The notes below the pieces were generated by a model that saw only the letters and a list, made by a program, of their open reading frames with translations, was not told where the DNA came from and ran no database searches. DNA of 57,560 nt, counting the filler, from Squatina squatina (Eukaryota), in assembly GCA_031763465.1 (NCBI GenBank). It is 4 parts of 4 records of this genome, joined end to end, with 100 filler letters (N's around TTAATTAATTAA, not from the genome) between each part and the next. Parts side by side here need not be neighbours in the genome. Positions count along the whole stretch, not along the records: positions 1 to 13,327 come from JARFOE010000016.1; 3 more parts are not named here. One strand, given 5' to 3'. Shown piece after piece: positions 1 through 10,477 of the stretch. Position numbers and translations under genes: made by a program. Each line of letters starts with the position of its first letter. Position 1 is the first letter of the stretch.

Positions 1-849
1 GTCCACACTGATCATGAATTCATCAGACTGGGGGATGGAACCTGTGTCCCACCAGCACCTGATGCTGTGCATTGCTGATCCGAGACTCTGCATCATTGCG
101 CTGCCTTCGGTCACTCAATCTTTTAGTCCATATGAATCAAGGTTTTTTTTCAGTCTTATCATTGCCTTCCATTTCTCTCTCCCTTTCTATATTAGGTTTC
201 AACAACCCCTTTGTCTTCGTTTATTTTTATGCTTCTTTACATAATCAGGTTGAATAACTTCTCAGAACACATATTCAATGTGAGGGAACAAAACCCCACA
301 AGGAACAATAGAAACCGGGCACATCAAACTGGAATTAGAAATAAAAACAGTTATGAGATAGAACAGAGCAAAATAAAAAGAGATCAAGTATAAATATTAA
401 TAAATAAGAAGAAACATTCATATAAAATACAATAAAATTAATGGTCACAATCATGTCAATCTTAATCTTTTTAAAATTACATTAGAATATATAACCAGAT
501 TTTTCCTGTTAATATAACAAACTGCTGAGAATTTATCTTGTGTTGTGTCTTAAGGAAAAGACAACATGTACTCAATGTGTATGCCCTCAAAATGTCACAT
601 AGCATTTGCCAACAAGCCATTTTCATAGGAGAGCCTAGTTTACATGCTGCAAGTGCAGTGACCTGGAGCAATAGCTGAAAAATTGCCATTACTCTTACAA
701 ATCTCAAAGAATTGGTACACAGAGACCTTTAACCCTAAGACTCATAAGCATGCTAATTTGATATTATTAATTGTGACCAATCAAATGTGCCACATTCAGA
801 ACCTTGCACTTTACTCAGAGAACACATGTTGGGTTTCATTGTTTTAACA

Positions 850-960
850 GAGCATAGAATCAGAGAGCAGAGAAGGAGACCATTCAGCCCATCGTGCCTG
901 TGAAAGAGCTTTGAAAGAGCTCTCCAATTAGTCCCACTTCCCTGCTGTTTCTGCAAATTC
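850..960 (-). mobile_element. CR1 LINE 3' end fragment
   Basis: catagaatc...gaaggagaccattcagcccatcgtg is the reverse complement of the CR1 3' tail, seen intact at 5330-5400. Confidence 0.65.
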
Positions 961-1961
961 TGTAAATTTATTATTGAGCCTGAAGTTCACCAGAAGCCGA
1001 CAGGCAAAGCAACCCAACAAAAGCATGATGTCTTTTTACTTTTGCTCCTTACATGATTAGCTTTGATGCTGATTTATATATGAGATTTTTGTTAACAGTT
1101 AAAATGCATCTACAGTAGTATTATCAAGTTTAATAAATCAAGATGTGAGAAATATGTGGAGCATGTTTACANNNNNNNNNNNNNNNNNNNNNNNNNNNNN
1201 NNNNNNNNNNNNNNNNNNNNNNNNNNNNNNNNNNNNNNNNNNNNNNNNNNNNNNNNNNNNNNNNNNNNNNNACTTCATTTTTTCTCATTACCAGGACACT
1301 ATAGCTGTCTCTCTAAATACATGATGGATCATATACTCTGAAATTCAAATTAGTCTCAGTCCATGTACAAATTTTCATTTCAACCGTCAATGTTGAACCA
1401 CAAGGGAAAAAGTAAATAAGCTAATCAAAGTGCATATTAAATATAATTAACAGATAAAGTAGACTCTCTTACAATAATATGTCCTCAGGCTGAGTCTATC
1501 CATTATAGATTGTAGCAAACACAGAGTAAAACTGTCCCAATGAGGCCAGTACTATTAATCAAGCTCAATCGAGATGTTGAGTGTTATTGTATGTCAGTGG
1601 GAGATGGGAATTTTTTCAAAAGTGGAGTAAATCGTTTTTAGTCTATCGTGAAATATTTATACAGGGTGAGAACAGGCTCTAAGCCAATTCCAAAGTTACA
1701 AGAATCCCTGTCAATCATGACACATAAAAATTGAAGAATACATAACATCAGGACATTTAAATAGCTCACAGAAGCAAGTTTAAAAATATGGCAAATGCAA
1801 ACTTTAAAAAAATCTATCAAAATCAATCACGTATTCCTGTTGGCAGCAAATTTTGAATGATAGGCTAATATCCATGCACGAGAATAAGGGCCGAACCAAA
1901 GCGAGATTTCCATTTTTAATGTACTTTCTCCAATCTGGTATACTGTATTCGTTACTTACAG

Positions 1962-2200
1962 TAAAGTCTCCTCTACGTTGGGGCAGACAAAATGCAGATC
2001 AGGTGACCACTTTGCCAAACTCCTCGTTCTCTCTACAGTTGTGACCCTAACCTCCCTTTGGCTCTCCACTTTAACTTCCCCCTCTGACCTCTCTGTCTTT
2101 TGCCTCTGACACTGCACCACTCAAGATTAATGCAAGCTTCAGGAACAGCATTTTCTCGTTCTCCTGGGCCCTCTGCAGTTTTCTGCTCTGAACACTAGCG
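1962..2200 (+). mobile_element. Penelope-like element GIY-YIG endonuclease remnant
   Basis: Degenerate, frameshifted LLYVGQTKCRSGDHFA...SDLSV...KLQEQH...LGPLQ, matching the PLE motif YIGETKRRLGDRFAEH...KLEEQHLIFRLGTLQP. Confidence 0.7.
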
Positions 2201-2816
2201 ATATTCCCATTTTCTGTTCAGCAAGGTCTGCTGGGGATATCCAGTGGGTCTGTTTGTATATGGGTTTAACAGTTTAAGTGTGGTCAGTGCACAGTTCTGT
2301 CTAGTGGGTAGAGGTTGGGGTTTGGTCTGCATCCAGGCTGTTGGGCCTGTTTTTTGTCTTTTTAGTAACTGTGGGGGATAAATTGGTTTATGCCTGTTTT
2401 TGGGTGGTGCACACACTGCATGCACCAGAAAAGTCTGGCCCAAGGACCACCCAAAATTGGTCCTCGGGTCTTATCTACGTACTCGGGGTGAGCTGCAGGT
2501 GCCTGTCGCGCTTCCAACAGGCAGATCACCCCATGAGAAAAATCAGTATTGGGCCACCAGCCTTGCCAGCAGTGATTCTCAGGTAAAACCTGGGGTGGGT
2601 GGGCTGCGATCGTGACGTCTATGGGGTTTGGGGAGAATGCCTGCTTCATTTTTCTCCACAGGAAGGGTTTAAAAAGAATCCTGAAACTTACCTCACCAAC
2701 CGGCCGTGGTTGCCCTGCCTTTTTTACCCATTTAGAACATGGCACTGAAGCTATACTAAAAAGCACTTGAAGCAAAGATTGTATGAGAGTACCTTACAGA
2801 ATAAGTGCATTAAATA

Positions 2817-3039
2817 TAGGGTGACCAGACATCACGGGTTTTGAGGAAGTGTCCCGGTGTCCCAACACGTACATCAAAATTGCTCAAACGTCCTGGTTTT
2901 TCGTGCCCACTTGACCGCGCATGCACAGTCCCGGCAAAGAACGCACTGCGCATGAGCAGTCCCGGTGAAGAACGCACTGTGCATGCACAGTCCCGGCGAA
3001 GAACGCACTGCGCATGCACAGTCCCGGCGAAGAACGCAC
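2817..3039 (+). mobile_element. hAT-like non-autonomous DNA transposon, left end
   Basis: Begins TAGGGTGACCAGA (hAT-type terminus) followed by GC-rich subterminal repeats; truncated by a gap. Confidence 0.5.
2917..3039. repeat. 31-bp tandem repeat, about 4 copies before the gap
   Basis: Unit GCACTGCGCATGCACAGTCCCGGCGAAGAAC directly repeated. Confidence 0.9.
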
Positions 3040-3139
3040 NNNNNNNNNNNNNNNNNNNNNNNNNNNNNNNNNNNNNNNNNNNNNNNNNNNNNNNNNNNNN
3101 NNNNNNNNNNNNNNNNNNNNNNNNNNNNNNNNNNNNNNN

Positions 3140-3184
3140 TCTACGCCCATTTAACGCTAGCGCTGGAGTGCCAATTGGCTGCCC
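3140..3184. mobile_element. PIF/Harbinger terminus
   Basis: gcccatttaacgctagcgctggagtgccaattggctgccc resembles the end of the transposase-bearing copy at 39540-39592. Confidence 0.6.
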
Positions 3185-5182
3185 AATTTCGTTTAGCATC
3201 TTGAGTCCCTCAACATTGAAGAAATAAAACAGCTGAATCAAGATTGGTTCACATCTCCAAGTTTGGGGTTTTCAGTACACAGGACTCGGAACTAAACAGG
3301 CACCAGACATCTTTCTGTTGGATGATCAGATGAGATCTAATGATGGGAAATTGCAGAATTAAATATAACGGAGAGATCGGCAACTGGCATTGAAAGCAGC
3401 TCTGCCGAATTCCGGCCAATATGGTCCTCCAAACTCTGAACTGGAGTACTTTCCATCAACCTGGAAGTCAGGGAATGTGATGTCACCATGATTGGTGGGG
3501 GAGGGGGGGAGGGCCAGTTACATGACAATTTTTTTTCAAGATTGGTTGTCATTCAACAGAAGTTAAGTATTGAGGTAAAGTGAACTTTTAAAAACTGCTT
3601 AAATAGCACAATGAACAAGGAAGAATGTTCCTCCTTAAACCAATGGCTTTACTAATGAGGTAAAGGCACTATTTTATTTTTATGAAAACCTTTACTAAAT
3701 ATTCAGTAGGTGTACATGGAGTTCATTCATGATACATTGCTGTTCATGCAATGGGTATAAATACATGTATTATGCAGAGTGTTTGTTATAGCTATATGCA
3801 ATTATAGAACATTAAACAATATGAGGACTTCCCACTTGTACAGCTAACAGGGAGACTGCCATCATGAAGGTTCTAGAGCGGCTTTAAATGGCAACCCTAC
3901 TTGCCTTCCCCTGAAAGCAATCATATTCTAGTGACATTTTAACCATAATCCACCACCTAGAGCCACTGTACAAAATTAAACAGTTCAGATACTTTAAAGC
4001 TATACTTTCAATAATTCTAAACCAGTTCCTTTGTATTCACGCAATTAACAGCATCAAAGACGTGCAGTGATACTTTAAACCCATTTTCCCCCATCCTTTC
4101 ATTGGAATATTGCCAAAGAGAACATTTGGTCTCAGTGGTTGCTTGGCAACAAGTTGCAAACCCAGCTTAATTCAGTTGTACTGATTGCTTCAACCATGGT
4201 TTCTGCTCACTTCTATTTAATTAACATTTATAATCCTTACAGTTTACTAGATGCTATAATTAGCTCATACTCTGACTTGAAGTTACCATAGATACATAAA
4301 TCAAGGATTTATTTTGCTGCATTCTCATCTACACTTTCATGAGCATTCATTCTTAATAAAGTATTAGTTCTTGTATCTAATTGCTGTGCTCAGTATTAAT
4401 TGAACATATTTTCCATCTACTGTCTGTTTGTATTAGGATTTCTGAGCTATTAGTATCCCTGAGCAACTACAGCCAGCATTGCTGGGCTTTAATAATTAAT
4501 AGCTGAAGAGTGAGAGAAAGACACCCAGTGGATTTATCTGGAAAGATTCTCTGTCAAGGTACTACCTCATCAAGACAAGAAAAGTACAGGCAGTCCCTAA
4601 GATCACAGTTTTGTCTATCTTTCTGTACATTGATAATAGATAACAATTGTATACTCCAAATTTTTGGTGCTATTCAGTGTATGCATATTTAAAGAGAAGC
4701 ATACCCAACACAAGAGTCTGAATTGTTTCTATTCCAGCATTTCTTGAATACTGATTTTTCCTGTCACCTATCTATAATCCTACATTGAAATAAAGAGAAT
4801 TTTATTCATCAAAAAAAAAGTGGTGTGACCATTTTCTCCATTTCTAGACACTCTCCCCTTCTTAATTCTGACCCCTTCCCTCCTACCCTCAGTATTTGTC
4901 TAGGCTTTTCCCTCTGCTTTTCCAATTTCCTAATCACCCTCTGCGCATCATTTTGAAATCAGTCCTGCTCCCTTTTTTTTTCTCGCTCTATTTCCTCTTG
5001 TGCTTTTTCTCTCCCTCCTGCATTCTTTTTTCTGTTTCTCCTTCATGCTCCCTTTTTCACTCCCTGCTCAATCTTTTTCTTCNNNNNNNNNNNNNNNNNN
5101 NNNNNNNNNNNNNNNNNNNNNNNNNNNNNNNNNNNNNNNNNNNNNNNNNNNNNNNNNNNNNNNNNNNNNNNNNNNNNNNNNN

Positions 5183-5400
5183 TCCTTGCCACAGAGGGCT
5201 GTGGAGGCTGAGACCTTGTGCATATTTAAATCCGAGATAGATAGATTTCTAATCAGTAAAGGAATCAAGGGTTATGGGGAGAAGGCGGGTAGATGGACTT
5301 GAGAAATGTCGGATCAGCCATGATCCAATTGAATGGCGGAGCGGGCTCGATGGGCCGAATGGCCCACTCCTGCTCCTACTTCTTATAGTCTTATGGTCTA
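5183..5400 (+). mobile_element. CR1 LINE ORF2 C-terminus and 3' UTR
   Basis: SLPQRAVEAETLCIFKSEIDRFLISKGIKGYGEKAG followed by the gggccgaatggccc...cttatggtc tail. Confidence 0.9.
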
Positions 5401-6619
5401 TACAATCCTATAACTGATGTTTAGACAATTTACATACAGATATTTAACACCTCTTGTTATAAGATATATAATGATAGTCATCAGAGGTATAACTTGATCC
5501 ATCATTTTCTTCAAAAGAAAGGAATAATTTGTGTTATACTTCAAGTTACGGTTAAGGATTAAAATGTATGGTTCTGTGAACTACAATACATATTGGACTA
5601 TGAAGTTAACACGCCTATGTTTTTCCACACACAGATAATAAGATACCTGGGAAACAGTGATGATCTTGTTGGAATTTTGCCAAAGAAAGTAATTAGTGCG
5701 AATGACTCTTTTATTTCGAAATGGAACTTTGTGGAGAGTAATAAAAGCTACTATCATAACACTTAAAAAACAATTCTGGTCCCCAACTACTTTAAAAATC
5801 TATTCTCCTGGATAAGTAGCAATTACTGTAAGTCTCTTGTGGCTTTAGCAGTATTAAGAAATGAGCAAACCCTGAATGAGTTTTTTTTTTAAATGTATGA
5901 ATTGTATTTTCTCTACTGTCTCCCTGCATCACACACCAGCTGTAGCCGAGAGGGCAGACTGTGTGACCTACCCTCAGGTCAACAGCACTAAGTGGTCACA
6001 AGGTGTTACACGAGAGCATGTTAGAGCTGACTCTGCCTTTCCAGTGTCTTACAGGTATTCATTTGGCCTCTGCCTTCCATGGCAACATGCCCAAAATTAG
6101 AATTTTAGTGACATGGGACAATCAAACCTGCAACACACCATTCCATGGCGCTGCATCTCACTGTGTAATGCACTGCCTCAAGTACCCAATCAGTTTGTAG
6201 TTTGTCGTCCCAATTTTTGAAATGTGTTACATACTATCCTTAGAATGTATTGTCTTGGAAACAAGATTTCAAGTTATAAAGAGCATGGCACCTTTTTTGT
6301 TTGGGAGCAGACATGTAATGTTAAGGGTGAGGATATGATGTGATGCGTCTGCTTAAATTCAAACTTCTTGTTGCTTTTATACCCCTTACATTTGTAACAA
6401 GCCCTCAAACAATATTTTTTAGCCATTGTTAGGGCTGTTATGATCTAACCATGTGTGAAAACACAACCTTAGATGTTAGCGTGTGTCAGGTAGATCTTCA
6501 GATGACCCCTTGAAGGTACACTGGATCACAGCAGAATTTTTTTTGGAAGGCTGTTTTTTAAATTTTAAGATTTGTGATTGCCACAGCTTATTTATTTGTA
6601 TATATTCATTTTCACGCTT

Positions 6620-6935
6620 TGGGCACTGCCCATCCAAAGTTGCCCTTGAGAAGGTGGTGGTGAGCCCGCGTCCTTAACCACTGCAGTCCGTGCAGTGAAG
6701 GTATTCCCACAGTGATGTTAGGTAAGGAGTTCCAGGATTTTCACCCAGCAAAATATATGTTCATGTTGGGGCGGTGTGCGGAATTTGGAGGTGATGGTGT
6801 CCCCTTGTCCTGCGAGATGATGGTGGTCGCAGGTTTGGGAGCTGTGGTCAAACAAGCCTTGGTGAGTTGCTGCATTTCCATGGCTGATGCACGTTGCTGC
6901 CACAGTGCACTGGTGATGGAGAGTGTGGATGTTTA
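6620..6935 (-). mobile_element. non-LTR retrotransposon (CR1/L2 group) ORF2 C-terminus
   Basis: Same family as 21663-21778 (KSWNSLP...HHLLKGN stop), more decayed. Confidence 0.7.
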
Positions 6936-7092
6936 AATTTACTGAGGCGTTAATAATTCACATGGGTAAAAATGTCACAACAATGTCAGACTNNNNNNNN
7001 NNNNNNNNNNNNNNNNNNNNNNNNNNNNNNNNNNNNNNNNNNNNNNNNNNNNNNNNNNNNNNNNNNNNNNNNNNNNNNNNNNNNNNNNNNNN

Positions 7093-7895
7093 TCACTGCC
7101 AGGATGTCGCCTGCATGGAGGAGATGGTGCAGGCATGACTGAACCTGTGGCCAACAGTGGGGCTGAAATAAGTCAAGATGCTGATATCCTCATATGTTAT
7201 CCTCCTTCTCACATCCCACTTCCCCCTCATCCCACAATCTCTTCTGATTTACAAGTTGCACATGGTGTAAGCATGCACGTCCTGCTTTTCCCCACTCCCC
7301 TCACAACAACCCTATCCTTGTGCCTTCATCATTTTAGACATCCAAGAAATCCAGCCTTTCCAACCAATGGTTGAGCGAGAAGAGGGTGAGCAAAGTGAAG
7401 AAAAAGATGAAACACTGCCACTCAATTTCACACTCCCAGCCACCAGATCAGATTCTGACTCTCCATGTACTTTAGAGGATAGGTTAGACATGGGATCGGC
7501 ATGTGATGAGACACTGGGCACGAGTGGGCTGCTGTCAGCTCCCTGGAGAGTGAGGTTGCACAAGAGTTCTACTGCACAGGGCTCAGATGAAGACTTTGAT
7601 AGGGCAGCCTACAGAAGAACGATGAGGAATATGTGCAATGAAATGCTTGTTGCATTGGCAGGTCTGCCAGAAAGCCTGAGTGCATGGAGGAGTCCTGCAC
7701 CAACCTTGCACAGGGCAGAGCTTGGAGCCCATGATTTGCAGCATGAAATTGATGGCCAAATCCATTAGAACACTTACGGACCCAACCATCATGCAGCGCC
7801 TGATGGCCGATGTCTCAGCTTCCATTGCAGCCCAAGCAGAAGTCGCCCTACACCTGGGTGCTGCAGCTGAAGCTCAAAATGAAATCATGCATTTA
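7093..7895 (+). mobile_element. Harbinger accessory (Myb/SANT-type) gene remnant
   Basis: Frameshifted acidic reading EEGEQSEEKDETLPLNFTLPATRSDSD...DEDFDRAAYRR...LADVSASIAAQ-like; pyrimidine-rich intron ending ttttag near 7338; the Myb domain itself is not visible. Confidence 0.5.
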
Positions 7896-8164
7896 ACAGA
7901 CAAAGCCAGGCACGGGTCTAAACTTTAAAGGGGCACAATCTTGGGGGGAAGAAAAGTGTTGGGTGTTTCTTTTGTTGTTTAGAGAAGATGAAGAGCCAGG
8001 AGCTGTTTATGGCATCATTATGTGAAACATAGGACTCTACAATGTGTATCAGATTGGTTGGAAGATGGTGCCCCTTTTTATTTTTACAACTATTTGATCT
8101 GTTGTTATGATTTTAAGAGTTTCAGTTAGAGGGCAAATCAGCCAATGCTCCATTTCAATAGATC

Positions 8165-8430
8165 ATAAGACATCATAGAGCCATTTAGTTCACATTAGTT
8201 CATCCATCCAGGAGCACCTTAGAGTCATCCCCATGGCAATATCTAATTGTTTCTTCAATTCATCCAGGGCTCTGTGTGGATGTCTATTCCAAGTGTTGAT
8301 CAGTCTCTGTGTGGAGGACAACTTCCTGATATCAGTACTTAAGTTATCTTTTACAAGTTTCATCCTATGTTCCCCTTGTCCCACTCCAACAATTTAATTT
8401 AAAGTAATATTCCGGATTTATCTTTTCCAT
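8165..8430 (-). mobile_element. old CR1 3' fragment
   Basis: GEHRMKLVK...IRKLSSTQRLINTWNR, a degenerate RGH.KL....R..FF.QRVV..WN motif. Confidence 0.7.
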
Positions 8431-8598
8431 GCCATTTGCTATTGCACTTCCTTTCCAGTTTGAAAAGTCTATCCTCAGATCTCAGATGCACGACACAANN
8501 NNNNNNNNNNNNNNNNNNNNNNNNNNNNNNNNNNNNNNNNNNNNNNNNNNNNNNNNNNNNNNNNNNNNNNNNNNNNNNNNNNNNNNNNNNNNNNNNNN

Positions 8599-8690
8599 CT
8601 GTGGTAGAGAATTCCACAGGTCCACCACTCTCTGGGTGAAGAAATTCCTCCTCATCTCAGTTCTAAATGGCTTACTCATAATCCTTAGCA
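8599..8690 (-). mobile_element. CR1 ORF2 C-terminal fragment
   Basis: KPFRTEMRRNFFTQRVVDLWNSLPQ. Confidence 0.9.
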
Positions 8691-8694
8691 TCTT

Positions 8695-8874
8695 GATGAC
8701 ATCATGCGCCAACCCACCGCGAAATTCAGCTGGGCATGCGCAAAGGCCTGTGCACCCCAGCCGAATTTTGGGGGAGGCGAGATGGCTGCCTCCAGACGCC
8801 AATTTTTTAATAAAGCCCCATTGGCGCTCCTCAGAGGTACTAATGGGACGTTAAAAGAGGCTAATTTTGGCCCC
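8695..8874. mobile_element. Harbinger-type MITE end
   Basis: CpG-rich tract ending aattttggcccc, like the other GGGC-type termini. Confidence 0.5.
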
Positions 8875-10271
8875 ACTATCTCTTTAAATCAGGTGGATGA
8901 TGGAGGTTTTTTCAAAATTGTTTTGTGTAAAATGTTACCCATGCTACTTTAAAATCCCTAATATTTATTTGCATTGTTAATTAATCTAATTGTTCAGAAG
9001 AATTTGCTTAATGTGTTAGATTATATTCGCAGTAGAGCTGTAAAAATCTATTTTTTCACAGTGCCGTTTGCTTATTGAAAGACTTCTGGGGTCAAAATAT
9101 TCAGTAAGATTAACAATGTGAGTTTATAGGTATTCTGAACAGTTCTACCAACAGTATTAAGTCAGAAGAGGGTCCAGTAGTAAAATCCATATCACAGGCA
9201 CCAGCGTGGTTACTGGCATTTACCAGACGCATTGCACCACACTAACACTGCACAATATTCTCTCCACCACTTTTGAGCCTTTTAATCCTTCGTGAGTGTA
9301 ATGGCATTTCACATGCCAGCTTTTGCAAGAAAGAGTGGATAAAATGGTCCCAATAGATGATAAATGGGCAGCCATCAGATGTACACTAGTTTTATCTTTC
9401 ATCCTCTACAGAGAATAGCACACATTCAATTAACATCCAACTCCATTAGCCCCTTCAAACTTGTCTTTCAGTCCTTGAAATGCCAGTGAAGCATATGTAA
9501 TATAACTAGATAAACTGCCGATGGCAGCCAACCTGCTATTATTTGCTGGTTTTAATATTTGATCCACGTTTCCAATTTATTTCAATCTTTTTTTTGAAAC
9601 ACCTGAATAAATGATTATACAGCTTTGGGAATCAAACTGCTCTACCAAAGGAAAACCTAATTTGCAGGAACTGCATCAACACCCATATAAATGGGCCACG
9701 AAGCTACTTATTTTGAGGATGGTCCATTGGGAGCCAAGACAATTTCTTGATATTGATGTTCTGAACAGTGGAGCTTTAAATCAGAAGTTCAAACATGCCT
9801 TACAAAAAAAAAAATCCAGAATGAAAGCTATCGTGGGAAGACAAAAGATATGGGGGAAGAAACTAAACATCATTTCACTCAATTCTTCTGGGCAAAAATG
9901 GAGGTTGGGGGGCGGTGGGGGAGACCAATTTCAGGTCACGATTTCTCGCTTCTCCCCTGGAAATGCACCAGCTGCCAAATTGGAAGCTGGTGACTTCTAG
10001 ACACACAGAGGATCCACCTGAAAGAGGTGTTACATGCCCTGCATATGTAAAACGTGGCCCTAATACCAGCTGTAGAACCTCTGATCGGAATTGGTCAGCA
10101 AATAGGCGGAGCTTGTGGGTCTTGGCCAGCCTTAAGTGGAGGCCACTTCAAAAAGCCAAGGATTTGTTCTTATTTATTTTTTANNNNNNNNNNTTCGTCC
10201 TTGTGGAGCCAGGAACAGCGCAAGTGCTTTGCAGTTCTTTGAAAATGGAATTCACAAAGGATAAAGGATAG

Positions 10272-10477
10272 ATGGGTCCAATTGTTCTACACTGCGTTTC
10301 AAACATAAGGAGACCAAAAACAGTGATTTTTTCGCCCGTTTTGTGCTATCCCATTAAATCGCGGTATTCGGGTCTTTGAGAAATTTTTTCAGGCAGTTTA
10401 AAAACTCGTGCACAAATCAGCGCTAATGAGTCCCTGATCGGCGCTAATGGAACTTTACTGGTTTCAGCGGGCCAAAT
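10272..10477. mobile_element. Harbinger-type terminus, left end
   Basis: Begins gggtccaattg, resembling the reverse complement of caattgggtaccc at 39580-39592; gcgctaatg subterminal repeats. Confidence 0.45.

Noticed and set aside
2692-2792. Minus-strand exon candidate with a perfect GAG|gtaagt donor
   Set aside because: Peptide unrecognised and the donor appears to lie within MITE-like sequence; similar donor-like motifs occur in other MITEs here (e.g. near 17768).
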